Below, piece after piece: positions 9,604-18,769 of a stretch of DNA of 64,000 bases. The notes beneath the pieces are model-generated. The model was given only the letters and a program-made list of their open reading frames with translations. It was not told where the DNA came from and ran no database searches. The translations under genes and the position numbers were made by a program. The first letter of the stretch is position 1; each line of letters starts with the position of its first letter. The stretch lies in contig JAFSVU010000020.1 in NCBI GenBank assembly GCA_017444825.1, forward strand, positions 4,374 through 68,373, written 5' to 3'. The stretch comes from Clostridia bacterium. GTDB taxonomy: Bacteria; Bacillota; Clostridia; UBA1212.

Positions 9604-10473
9604 TTACTTGATACCCGAGTGGGCCATCGTATCCATAACGCTCGACTGGGAGACGATGAATACGATAATACTCGGAACAGTCATGATGAGTGAGGCTGCG
9701 GCATTAGCACCTTGTCTTGCAAGACCACCCTGCAGGGTGCTCATGAAGAATGCAAATGTACGGAGCTGCTCCTCATAAATGTAGGTCGTGGAAGCCGAGC
9801 TGTCATTCCAGATGCCCGGGAACGTCAGGATGACGCAGGTCGCCTGGGCATTTCTTAAGAGAGGCAAAGCTATCTTTGTGTACAGCTGCCATTCGGAGGC
9901 ACCGTCTATCTTTCCGGCTTCAAATATGGAATCCGGCACCTGGTCAAGGAACTGCTTCAAGAGGAACATACACGTGCAGTTTGCAAGTCCCGGGATGATA
10001 TATACCAGATAGGTATTGTCCAGATGAAGACCCGTAACGATTATGTAGGACGGGATGGCCGCAGCACCGGATATGATAAGGAGCGCGTTAGTAACGAGCT
10101 TGAAAAGTCCCTTCGCACCGGGGAATTTGTGCTTTGAAAGCGGGTAGCAGGCCATCGTTCCGACGACTATCATTGCGAAAATGTACAGCACCGTGATAAG
10201 CACAGTGTTGAACAGGTATCTTGTGAACGGAACCATCGTGTTTGAAGTAATGCTCACAAGGTCGGTGAAATTCTTGAGTGTCGGGTTGGACACGTAGAAT
10301 CTCGGCGGATAGAGGAACAGCTCTTCGGCAGGCTTGAATGCCGTAACCACGAGGTAGATCAGAGGCAGAAAGGATACAATGCCCGCAAATCCAAGTAAGA
10401 TCGAAATTACGGTCGGAGCATATTCTCTGCGTTTCTTGGCTTTCTTTAAATAATCAACGTCTACTTGAAACAC
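9604..10473 (-). CDS. ABC transporter permease, MalG-like (second pair)
   Basis: 289 aa. EAA-like EAGKIDGASEWQLYTKIALPLL. Confidence 0.85.
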   Translation of the reverse strand: MFQVDVDYLKKAKKRREYAPTVISILLGFAGIVSFLPLIYLVVTAFKPAEELFLYPPRFYVSNPTLKNFTDLVSITSNTMVPFTRYLFNTVLITVLYIFAMIVVGTMACYPLSKHKFPGAKGLFKLVTNALLIISGAAAIPSYIIVTGLHLDNTYLVYIIPGLANCTCMFLLKQFLDQVPDSIFEAGKIDGASEWQLYTKIALPLLRNAQATCVILTFPGIWNDSSASTTYIYEEQLRTFAFFMSTLQGGLARQGANAAASLIMTVPSIIVFIVSQSSVMDTMAHSGIK

Positions 10474-10479
10474 CTGTCA

Positions 10480-11484
10480 TCACCCCTTATCACTTAACAG
10501 CCTGAAGGCAAGTCTTCCTATACCGAGAACCAATGCGGAGAGCACGACGGCGATGGCCGAAGCATAACCGACCTCAAAACGCTGTCCGGCATAGTCTCCA
10601 AGGTGAAGCATGATTGTAAGACCGGCATCCTCAGGGCTCGGGTGTCCCACAAGGGCCTGGCTTATTCCGCCTACCGTAAACGAACCGGTTATCGTAAGGA
10701 CCGCGGAGAAGAGCAGCTGAGGCATCGTCTGCGGTATGTCAATGTAGATAAGTCTCTGGAATCTTGATGTGATACCGTCGACCATGGCCGCGTCGTAGAG
10801 TTCCTTATCAACGTTGGTGAATCCGGCGACGAAAGAAAGGAATCCGGTACCCAGTGAAGACCACAGCGAGACTATGATGATTACAGGCATGATCCAGTTG
10901 ACATTCTGAAGGAACTGTATAGGCTCCGTGATCAGGCCCGCATTGAGCAAAGCTGAGTTTATGTAACCCTGGCTGTCGTTTGCGAAAACCACCAGCCATA
11001 CGACGCTGAGCGCCACGCCGCCGGTAAGGGAAGGCGCGTAGAAGGCCAGTGTGTAGAGCGGCTTCAGCCTCTTCGGAACCTGGTTGATGAACCAGGCGAA
11101 GAAGTACGACGCAATGTAGGAAACAGGTCCGACTATGATCGCGTAGTACAGAGTGTTGCTGAAGGCCTTCAGGAACAGGCTGTCCTCAACGAAGAGGTAG
11201 AGGTAGTTGTCCCAGAAGATGAACCTCGGAAGGCTCAGCGCGTTGAAGTAGAAGAAGCTCAGCGCAGCCGAAGCGATAAGAGGCAACAGCGTGAATGTGA
11301 TGAAGCAGATAAAGAAGGGAGCGATCAGCGCATACGACATCTTGAACTGGCCCATCTCATGGAGCTTAAAGCGGAAATACGATTTCGTATAATCCTTCTT
11401 TTTCTTTCCGGTGGCCAATTCCTGATTGTCGGAATCGACTACCACAGAAGGCTCATTTTTGAGTTTCTTTTCTTTTTTGCTCAT
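10480..11484 (-). CDS. ABC transporter permease, MalF-like (second pair)
   Basis: 334 aa. YDAAMVDGITSRFQRLIYIDIP EAA-like loop. Long basic N-terminus. Confidence 0.85.
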   Translation of the reverse strand: MSKKEKKLKNEPSVVVDSDNQELATGKKKKDYTKSYFRFKLHEMGQFKMSYALIAPFFICFITFTLLPLIASAALSFFYFNALSLPRFIFWDNYLYLFVEDSLFLKAFSNTLYYAIIVGPVSYIASYFFAWFINQVPKRLKPLYTLAFYAPSLTGGVALSVVWLVVFANDSQGYINSALLNAGLITEPIQFLQNVNWIMPVIIIVSLWSSLGTGFLSFVAGFTNVDKELYDAAMVDGITSRFQRLIYIDIPQTMPQLLFSAVLTITGSFTVGGISQALVGHPSPEDAGLTIMLHLGDYAGQRFEVGYASAIAVVLSALVLGIGRLAFRLLSDKG

Positions 11485-11485
11485 A

Positions 11486-14400
11486 TCAGCCCTCCCCCTT
11501 TCTAGTCGACCAGATTATCGAGAAGTCTTCCTTTATAAGGTTACCCTCGCTGTCAAACGCATCATTGAAGAATTCTTTCTGTTTACGTTTCATTTCTTTG
11601 TTGATCTCCCTGACGGCATCCTCGAGAGCGATCCTGATGTTGTCGCCCTGAAGAACGGACTGGTTGAGCGCTGTCAGGAGGTAACGGTCTGTGTAGTATC
11701 CTCCGAGAACCACGGGGTATTCGGTGAAGTACTTCCACTGCTCGTTGATGACTTCCAGCTCATCGTCGCTGTATGCCATGTTGTTTATGGCAAGCTTGTT
11801 GGCTGTGTTCCATCTCGAAGCAACGCCGAACGTGGCCTCGACTTCCTGAGCATACTTGACCTGGATCTCCTCGCTCATCCACCACTTGACGAATTCCCAG
11901 CCTTCGGCTGCGTGGTTTCTGTCGCCCTCGTTTCTGATGAGGATGCAGGTGGTTCCGCTTCCGCCCATGCTTCTGTCAACCGTGCCGTCCTCTTTGAGAT
12001 GTCCCGGAACAGGCGACATAGCCCATTTACCGTTGATCTCAGGAGCGGAATATTTGAGCTGGCAGTAGAGGCCCATATCCGCAACTCCTATCGGCATGTC
12101 GCCGAGCTTGAACTTCATGTAGAAGTTGGATGCGTAAGGAATATTGTATTTATTGTAAAGGTTGGCGTACTCGTAGAAAGCATCGTATGCTTCTGCCGAA
12201 TCCAGGTTGGAGTGGAGACCGTCCGCGTCGTAAACCGACGCGCCGTTCTGGTAAAGGAACGGGTACATGTTTCCGACACCGTAGTTATAGCAGAAATCCA
12301 TGCTCTTTTCCTGGAGTCTCGGAAGTATCTCGTATACCTCTTCCCAGGTGTCCGGAGGATTCTCTATACCCAGTTCCTCCATGATATCCGTTCTGTAGAA
12401 GAGGGCCACCCAGTTCTGGGTCTCCGGCACCGTGTAATACATTCCGCGGTATCTGGAAAGCGTGTAGTTTCCGGGGAGGAAGTTCTCATCGAAATATGTG
12501 TAGAAATCGGTGTTTTCATCCTCCACGCCGTCTCCGTCGAGGTCGTTGTACGCCACCAGAGCGCCTCTGGCGGCATATTCGACAGGCGACCTGTTGCCTA
12601 CCGAGATGGCCACGTCAGGAGCGGTCTTCGTAACATAGCGCAGCATGACGAGGCCTTCGACATTCTGTACCATGTTAACGTTTACTCTGATATATTTCTC
12701 TTCGGTGACCCCGTTAACCGTCACTGCGCGTTTCACCGGTGTGAAGTCCTCGGCGATGAGGGCTCTCAGCATCTCGACGTATTCACGTCCTCTGCCGATA
12801 TAGACCTCGATCTCCTCGGTCTGGTTTTTAGAGGGGTCTTCTCTTGCGCCGACAACGGAGTAATCCTTTACCCAGGAGTCTCCGAATTTGATGGCGCCTA
12901 CGTAGAAGGACTGGAAGCCGTTACTGCGGCATTTATCATAGTTGAACTCGCCGCCGTGAATGACCATGTAATCGATGGCGATGGGCTGCTCGGTGATATT
13001 CTGAAGGGTTGTTGAAAGGCTCGAAAGAGCGTTTGAAATTTCGTTCAGGGATGCGGGAATGTCCTCAAGGCCCTCCGTACCTCTGGCAAGTCTCTCGAAG
13101 AGAGCTTTTGCCACGGCAACGGACGATCCGTAATAAGGGGTGACATCGCCGTTGGCGGCCTTGATCTCGTTAAATATCCTCTCGAAGGTGTCGCGGTAGT
13201 TTGCGATCTCTTCTTCGATTCCCATGATGTATTTATCGAGGTCCCAGTCTCTGTTCTTATCAACGCTGTATCCGCCGGTGGAGCTTCTCGTCGCGCCTGT
13301 GATGTTAACGACCATGCTGATAAGCTTTGAGATCGAATCCATGGACTCTTTGAGACTCTGGATGGCCTTTCTCAGGGGGCCGACCTTCGATGTGATGCTT
13401 ATGGTGTGGGTGCCCTTTGTGAGGTAGAAGTAATAAGGCTGCTGATTTTCGTCTATCAGCGAGGAACCTGCCCATCCGTCTGTGTACGGGAAGCAGTACT
13501 CCTCCATCTGTTCGAAGGGGATCTCGCCGTCAATGTTGATCTCGGCGTACACCGCGATATCCGTCAGTGTATTCTGGTATCTGAAACCGATCTGGTACCA
13601 GCCGTCTTTCTCTACGTTAAAGCTCCAGGAGGCACCGTCGCCGCCGTTGGCCCATCTGTCGCCGCCGAAATAGTTATATCTTGTGACCTTGTAGGATGCG
13701 GGTGATGAAGCATAGTCGCCGTCCCACTCGCTTCTGATGCTGATGGTGTTCTTTGTGTCGGGTACCTCAAACTCTACCTTGGTAAGGCCATCCTTAACGA
13801 TAGCGCTCTCGGAGAAGGAGTTCCGGACCTTGTACTCTTCATAAGTGAGAGACTTGAGAGGAGCCTTCAGTGTGATGGTTTTGATAATAACGGGCTCTCT
13901 TCCGAAGGTGAGCGATATAGTCCTCGGTTTGTCTGCAGATGCAAGGGAGCTGGCGTTGATCAGGAACCTGTAGGGGTTTCTGTAAAGACCTTCGGGATTC
14001 TGAAGAGTGGTCGTCTGCCACATGAAAAGTTCCTGCTGCTGGTTGCGGATCTCGTTTCCTCCGAAATCAAGGCTCTTTTTATCGAAGAATCCGTAAACAC
14101 GCTTAAGCTCGATGCTGGCGGCTTCCTTGAAGGGGTACTTGTTATCTACACTCAGACGGACCAGGGTGTTGTTAGATCTGTTCTCCGGGAGAAAATACTC
14201 AACGTCCATTGAGTAAAGAGCGGTCTCGGGCACATCAGGTTTGTAGATAAACGTGATCTCCTCGATGGCGCTGGAGGAACCGTCACCCGCATCGTTTCTG
14301 CCGAAATATATGGCGGAGGGGTCTGCCTTGATGGTTCCGGAGGCCTCGGTGAACCTGTCTTTCTGATTCGAAGCCGATGTGTAACCGTTCTCGTCTCTGC

Positions 14401-14911
14401 CCTCTTCGATGTCGACCTTGTAGGTAAAACCGTAATCCTCGTCAAAGCTGATGTGATTTACGATCCTCTCGATCTTCCTGACGACCTCCTCGGTGGCAAA
14501 AGAGAATTCTCCGTTAAGGACCTTCCCGTAATCGTAGTTCTTACCGCGGTAGGAGACGTTTTTGTATTCACCGTTATCGTCGCGGTAGAGGTAAAGTGTG
14601 TCGCCGCTGTCGATCTTAAAGCTGATGCCGTAAAAATCTGTAGCGTTAATGACAATATCTTCACCCGCGTAGGACTCGTATTTCTTGTCACCGTACTTCT
14701 TCAGTACCTTTCCGTACTCGAGGAGACTGTTATCGGATCTCTCCTCATAATCGGCAAAGGGGTTGAAGTCAAGAATATCGTCGTTTTCGACTTTGAACTG
14801 CTTGACATCCGCCTTGCGGCCGCCATAGATAAAGAGAGCCGCAATAATGGCAACGACAAGCACTGCAAAAATCACCAAAACGATAATTTTACGCTTTTGT
14901 TTCTTGTCCAT
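11486..14911 (-). CDS. Giant membrane-anchored solute-binding protein. N-terminal TM, ~650-aa extension with a beta-sandwich CBM-like segment, and a C-terminal family-1 SBP domain.
   Basis: 1141 aa. MDKKQKRKIIVLVIFAVLVVAIIAALFIYGG anchor. Middle segment NGGDGASWSFNVEKDGWYQIGFRYQN is CBM-like. The C-terminal ~450 aa (WVALFYRTDIMEELGI...PDTWEEVYEI...) resemble extracellular solute-binding proteins. First gene of the operon. Confidence 0.7.
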   Translation of the reverse strand: MDKKQKRKIIVLVIFAVLVVAIIAALFIYGGRKADVKQFKVENDDILDFNPFADYEERSDNSLLEYGKVLKKYGDKKYESYAGEDIVINATDFYGISFKIDSGDTLYLYRDDNGEYKNVSYRGKNYDYGKVLNGEFSFATEEVVRKIERIVNHISFDEDYGFTYKVDIEEGRDENGYTSASNQKDRFTEASGTIKADPSAIYFGRNDAGDGSSSAIEEITFIYKPDVPETALYSMDVEYFLPENRSNNTLVRLSVDNKYPFKEAASIELKRVYGFFDKKSLDFGGNEIRNQQQELFMWQTTTLQNPEGLYRNPYRFLINASSLASADKPRTISLTFGREPVIIKTITLKAPLKSLTYEEYKVRNSFSESAIVKDGLTKVEFEVPDTKNTISIRSEWDGDYASSPASYKVTRYNYFGGDRWANGGDGASWSFNVEKDGWYQIGFRYQNTLTDIAVYAEINIDGEIPFEQMEEYCFPYTDGWAGSSLIDENQQPYYFYLTKGTHTISITSKVGPLRKAIQSLKESMDSISKLISMVVNITGATRSSTGGYSVDKNRDWDLDKYIMGIEEEIANYRDTFERIFNEIKAANGDVTPYYGSSVAVAKALFERLARGTEGLEDIPASLNEISNALSSLSTTLQNITEQPIAIDYMVIHGGEFNYDKCRSNGFQSFYVGAIKFGDSWVKDYSVVGAREDPSKNQTEEIEVYIGRGREYVEMLRALIAEDFTPVKRAVTVNGVTEEKYIRVNVNMVQNVEGLVMLRYVTKTAPDVAISVGNRSPVEYAARGALVAYNDLDGDGVEDENTDFYTYFDENFLPGNYTLSRYRGMYYTVPETQNWVALFYRTDIMEELGIENPPDTWEEVYEILPRLQEKSMDFCYNYGVGNMYPFLYQNGASVYDADGLHSNLDSAEAYDAFYEYANLYNKYNIPYASNFYMKFKLGDMPIGVADMGLYCQLKYSAPEINGKWAMSPVPGHLKEDGTVDRSMGGSGTTCILIRNEGDRNHAAEGWEFVKWWMSEEIQVKYAQEVEATFGVASRWNTANKLAINNMAYSDDELEVINEQWKYFTEYPVVLGGYYTDRYLLTALNQSVLQGDNIRIALEDAVREINKEMKRKQKEFFNDAFDSEGNLIKEDFSIIWSTRKGEG

Positions 14912-15030
14912 AAACTCAACCTTTCAGCACCCGTTTCGGATGAAAAAGCCCGCAGTTTCCGTTTACTCTCGTAACGTCGCCGGAAGCCGTTTCCCGATAA
15001 GCGAGTCATTTATACAAAATAAACAAATTT

Positions 15031-15059
15031 ATTATAAGTTTTTTGGTTATTTGTGTCAA
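15031..15059 (-). promoter_or_regulatory. Sigma-A-type promoter for the ABC uptake operon (revcomp TTGACA-17-TATAAT)
   Basis: Minus strand reads TTGACAcaaataaccaaaaaactTATAAT. It sits ~110 nt upstream of the 14911 start codon. Confidence 0.5.
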
Positions 15060-15227
15060 TGATTATTTTGGCCGGAGGAGGCTCTGTTTTCGGGTCATCT
15101 CCTTGTAATAATATAATAAAGTCCGGAGGCCTGAACCGGCCGAACCTTGACTGAAGATTGATTTGTTTTATGCTCCGCAAAGAGAAGCTCTTTATGCGTT
15201 CCCTGTTGCACCCCCGAGAACGCAGGA

Positions 15228-15272
15228 AAGACCCCGCGGACGTCTCCTTCCGGAGCACCGCGGGGTCTGCCC
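15228..15272 (-). terminator. Stem-loop downstream of the DHHW gene
   Basis: GACCCCGCGG...CCGCGGGGTC 10-bp inverted repeat just after the stop at 15293. Confidence 0.4.
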
Positions 15273-15292
15273 TTCATGTTCGTTATAAGCTT

Positions 15293-17104
15293 TTATTTCA
15301 GCGGCAGGCTCGACAGGTAATCGTAGCACATGCGCGCACAGTTCACGTTATCCGAGTCGTAACGCTCGACTGCCATGATGAGCAGGAGATCTCCCGCTTT
15401 CAGTTCAGCCAGTGCGTCCTTTATGACGGTCTTTCCGGAGGAAACGACAGCTGCGCCGTCCCCTTCCTTCACGTAGTTTGATACCGTGTTGAAGTCGCCT
15501 CTGTGGGTCACGGTGACCTTGCAGTAGTCCTTGGCGAGATAAGGTGCGATCGCGTGTCTGAACGAATCTCCAATTATCAGGGCCTTCTGCTCCGTTGGCG
15601 CGTCGGACGTATACACTCTGAGCTCCGTGTTGGGAGTCTCATTGCCGCCGGTTACCGTGTTGGAATAGTATGCCGCGACTTTTGATTTGACCCACGGCTT
15701 ATAGTTCACGGAATAGCCGGTGTAATGTGTCGCGGGCCCTACGCCCAGGTTCACAAGGTCCCCGCCCTTGTAATCGCCCTCGGTGACTTCCACGTTCTGA
15801 AGACCGGTCACGGGGAGTCCTATCGCAGAATAGACCTGCATGGCGCCGACGAAGCCTCCAACGGAATTCCAGTGGGTGTCCTGCTGAAGGTATGTCTCGT
15901 AGAGTATCTTTGCGGATTTCATCTGGGTAAGGGGATACACAAACTTTATCGGACTGCCCTGCTGCTTCAGATATTCCACAAACTTTGGTTCGCGCTTCGC
16001 GGAATCGTCCACGATGGTAACGCCCGAAGGCATATACTCTGCGTAGACCTGCTCCTTGTTCGGGGGAATGAGGAACACGACCGAAATGCCTCTTTTCTCG
16101 CATTCGTAGTGAATAAGTTCATACGTATCCTTCCACGATTTGGCATCGGCGGCGGAGAGCACGTTGTCCCCCTGGAAATAGCCCACGCTGTCGTTTCCCG
16201 AATAGAAATACCAGTCGTGAAGGCCCTTGAAGCCTGCGCCGCTGTAAGAGATGGGAGATTTCCCGTCGTAGAATCCTTTAACAGTGGTCCGGAGGACGAT
16301 GTTGCTGACATCCACATCCGAGCACATGGAGCACTTTTTCATGACGTAGCCGTCGTGGGCGTAAGAAGCGTTCTGGCTTTTTACCACCGTATAAATATGG
16401 CCCGGCGCTTTGATGACCTCGTATTTATATTCGCCGCAGTATTCGCACTGATAGCGGGCTTCTCCGTCTTTCGTGCAGGACGACGTTTTAATGACCGTAT
16501 AGTTCACGAAATGGTGAGGACAGGGAGTGGGAGTGGGTGGCTCTGTCGCTTCCGGAGACTCAGTCTCCTCCGGGGATTCGGTCTCTTCCGGCTCCGGTGT
16601 GTCAGTCGCCTCCGGTGTCTCCGTGGGTGTCTCCGTGGGAGCTTCCGTGGGCTCTTCTGTAGGGGCTTCGGTGGGGTCACCGAAAATACCGCCGAAATCC
16701 GGCGTAGGCGTCGGCTCCGGGGTCGGGGTCGGTGTCTGATCGGGTGCCAAAGTTACCTCCGGGGTCGCCGTGGGCTCGGGGGTCGCATTGGCGAGTACTA
16801 TCGCCCTGTAGATCGGGTTTTTGATCCTCTCCTCGTAAAACTTGCTCATTCCGTTGTCCATGTCCTTCATGACCTGAATGTTCCAGTTCCTGAGCGGGGC
16901 ATGGTCTTTTATAAAGCTGTCGACTTTGGCAAAGTAGTCGTTGGAATATTCCGACGGAAAACCCGCAAGCTCCCTGATCTCGCCGCCCTCTTCGTCCTGG
17001 ACAACGTCAAGTCCCGCGATTCCCAGGGCCCAGGGTACGGCTATGGCAAGCGCAAACAGGCTCACCGCCACTATGGATATGATGAAATTCTTCACCTGCC
17101 GCAC
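15293..17104 (-). CDS. DHHW-family (AlgJ/AlgX/DltD-like) protein with N-terminal TM, Pro/Thr/Glu linker and an inserted Cys-rich module
   Basis: 603 aa. DTHWN motif in ETYLQQDTHWNSVGG. Linker TPEPTATPEV...PTPTP. Cys-rich block CPHHF...CTKDGEARYQCEYCGEY...CSMCSD. Lies immediately downstream of the MBOAT gene. Confidence 0.75.
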   Translation of the reverse strand: MRQVKNFIISIVAVSLFALAIAVPWALGIAGLDVVQDEEGGEIRELAGFPSEYSNDYFAKVDSFIKDHAPLRNWNIQVMKDMDNGMSKFYEERIKNPIYRAIVLANATPEPTATPEVTLAPDQTPTPTPEPTPTPDFGGIFGDPTEAPTEEPTEAPTETPTETPEATDTPEPEETESPEETESPEATEPPTPTPCPHHFVNYTVIKTSSCTKDGEARYQCEYCGEYKYEVIKAPGHIYTVVKSQNASYAHDGYVMKKCSMCSDVDVSNIVLRTTVKGFYDGKSPISYSGAGFKGLHDWYFYSGNDSVGYFQGDNVLSAADAKSWKDTYELIHYECEKRGISVVFLIPPNKEQVYAEYMPSGVTIVDDSAKREPKFVEYLKQQGSPIKFVYPLTQMKSAKILYETYLQQDTHWNSVGGFVGAMQVYSAIGLPVTGLQNVEVTEGDYKGGDLVNLGVGPATHYTGYSVNYKPWVKSKVAAYYSNTVTGGNETPNTELRVYTSDAPTEQKALIIGDSFRHAIAPYLAKDYCKVTVTHRGDFNTVSNYVKEGDGAAVVSSGKTVIKDALAELKAGDLLLIMAVERYDSDNVNCARMCYDYLSSLPLK

Positions 17105-17110
17105 CTCCCG

Positions 17111-18622
17111 TCAGAAGTTCTGGTAAATGGACGGCGCATAGGAACCGCCCACCACTCTTACGATGCAGAGTGCGAACAGCGCAAGCAGCAGAACGTACTC
17201 AACGATGCGCACCCAAGTCTTCGTCTTGAACTTTTCAGCTACTTTTGCGAGAGGTCTCTGGAGCGCGCCGCAGAAAACAATGCCGCAGACGAGGGCAATG
17301 ATGACCGAAAGATCAAGGTAGGACAGCACGGAATAGCCCGCGGAGGACGACTTGAAGGAGAACATCTGACCAATGTACTTCCCTGCAAAATCAAGGCTGT
17401 CGGATCTGAAGAACACCCAGCCGATCATGACCACCAGCGTGGTGTACAGCCAGTTCAGAGGCTTCACCGGGTTCTTCTGAAGAAGTTTTCCGAGGAACAG
17501 CCTTTCTATAATGCTCATCACCACGAAAATGAGACCCCAGACTATAAAGGTCAGGTTTGCACCGTGCCAGATGCCCGTCACGAAGAACACGACGGCGACG
17601 TTGAAGCACGCTCTCGCCTTGCTGCACCTGCTTCCTCCGAGGGGTATGTAGATGTAATCCTTGAACCAGTTGGAAAGCGATATGTGCCATCTGCGCCAGA
17701 ATTCCTGGACCGAGAATGACGTGTAAGGATAATTGAAGTTTTCGTCGATCTTAAATCCGAGCATACCGCCCACGCCAATGGCCATATCGGTGTAGCCCGA
17801 AAAATCGTAATAGATCTGGATCGTGTAAAGGACGATGCCGAGCCATGCTATCGGGGCGCCCATGGATTCGATGTTCATGGTGGTATTCTGGGTCGCGAAG
17901 ATCTTGTCCACCGAGGCGGCGACGACATTGGCGATGAGCACTTTTTTCGCAAGGCCGTAAACAAACCGTCTCAGCCCGGCAGTGAAGCCCTCCATCGTAT
18001 GGGTCCTGCTCTCGATCTGCTTTCCCAGGTTCCCGTATCTCATGATAGGTCCCTGTGTGACCTGGCAGAGCAGCGTCATGTACAGCGCAAAGGTGAGGAT
18101 GTTTTTCGAACGCTCCGTCTTCCCGAGATAGACGTCGGTGACATACGAGATCGCCTGGAATATGATAAACGAGATCGCAAGGGGCATCACTATCTTCAGG
18201 ATCCCCTCAGGAACGACTGAAGTGTTGAACTTGACCAGTCCCTCCATGGCCGCGCCGAAACTGCCGCTGTTTTTGAACATGTCTATCATGCTCATGAACA
18301 TGGTGGTGTACTTGAAGAAGATGAGCACGCCCACGTTAAGAAGAAGCGTTCCTACGAAAACCGCCCGCCTGAGGCCTTTTTTCTTTTCGGCATCAATGGC
18401 GCCAATGGCCCACCCCGCGAAAAAGTTCAGCGCTATCAGGGCAATGAAGAGAAGAAGCTCATTGATCCCTCCGAAAGCGTAGAAAACGAGACTTGCGAGG
18501 AGGAGGAAACCGTTTCTGATACCTGTCCTGACCCGCTCTTTTTTGATAAATCCCAGCAGGTAGTATACGATCAGTATTACCGGCAGGAACAGTTCAATAA
18601 ACAAAACCGATGCAAATTCCAT
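17111..18622 (-). CDS. MBOAT-family membrane O-acyltransferase (AlgI/DltB/PatA-like)
   Basis: 503 aa multipass. WRRWHISLSNWFKDYIYIPLGGSR and GIWHGA motifs are typical of MBOAT. Confidence 0.85.
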   Translation of the reverse strand: MEFASVLFIELFLPVILIVYYLLGFIKKERVRTGIRNGFLLLASLVFYAFGGINELLLFIALIALNFFAGWAIGAIDAEKKKGLRRAVFVGTLLLNVGVLIFFKYTTMFMSMIDMFKNSGSFGAAMEGLVKFNTSVVPEGILKIVMPLAISFIIFQAISYVTDVYLGKTERSKNILTFALYMTLLCQVTQGPIMRYGNLGKQIESRTHTMEGFTAGLRRFVYGLAKKVLIANVVAASVDKIFATQNTTMNIESMGAPIAWLGIVLYTIQIYYDFSGYTDMAIGVGGMLGFKIDENFNYPYTSFSVQEFWRRWHISLSNWFKDYIYIPLGGSRCSKARACFNVAVVFFVTGIWHGANLTFIVWGLIFVVMSIIERLFLGKLLQKNPVKPLNWLYTTLVVMIGWVFFRSDSLDFAGKYIGQMFSFKSSSAGYSVLSYLDLSVIIALVCGIVFCGALQRPLAKVAEKFKTKTWVRIVEYVLLLALFALCIVRVVGGSYAPSIYQNF

Positions 18623-18658
18623 ATTGATCCTTCCGTTTTTTCCTGGATTCAGACACTA

Positions 18659-18688
18659 ATTTTACTTTATGGGAAAGCTCATTGTCAA
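18659..18688 (-). promoter_or_regulatory. Putative promoter for the MBOAT-DHHW pair (revcomp TTGACA-18-TAAAAT)
   Basis: Minus strand reads TTGACAatgagctttcccataaagTAAAAT, about 35 nt upstream of the start at 18622. Confidence 0.4.
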
Positions 18689-18769
18689 GGAATATGTTTC
18701 TTTTTCCATCGCCAATGCGCCTGTATCACGGTATATTTTTTCGTTTTTTCGTTGCCTTTCGGGCCTCTT

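Noticed and set aside
11426-13015. 529-aa plus-strand ORF
   Set aside because: Antisense to the well-supported 1141-aa SBP gene. Low-complexity Val/Arg/Gly composition typical of GC-rich shadow ORFs.
16527-16739. Gly/Ser/Val repeat ORF and tandem DNA repeats
   Set aside because: Antisense of the Pro/Thr/Glu linker coding region of the DHHW protein. The repetition is coding low complexity, not a noncoding repeat array.
15725-17719. 664-aa plus-strand ORF
   Set aside because: Antisense to the DHHW and MBOAT genes. Arg/Gly-rich shadow frame, no RBS.
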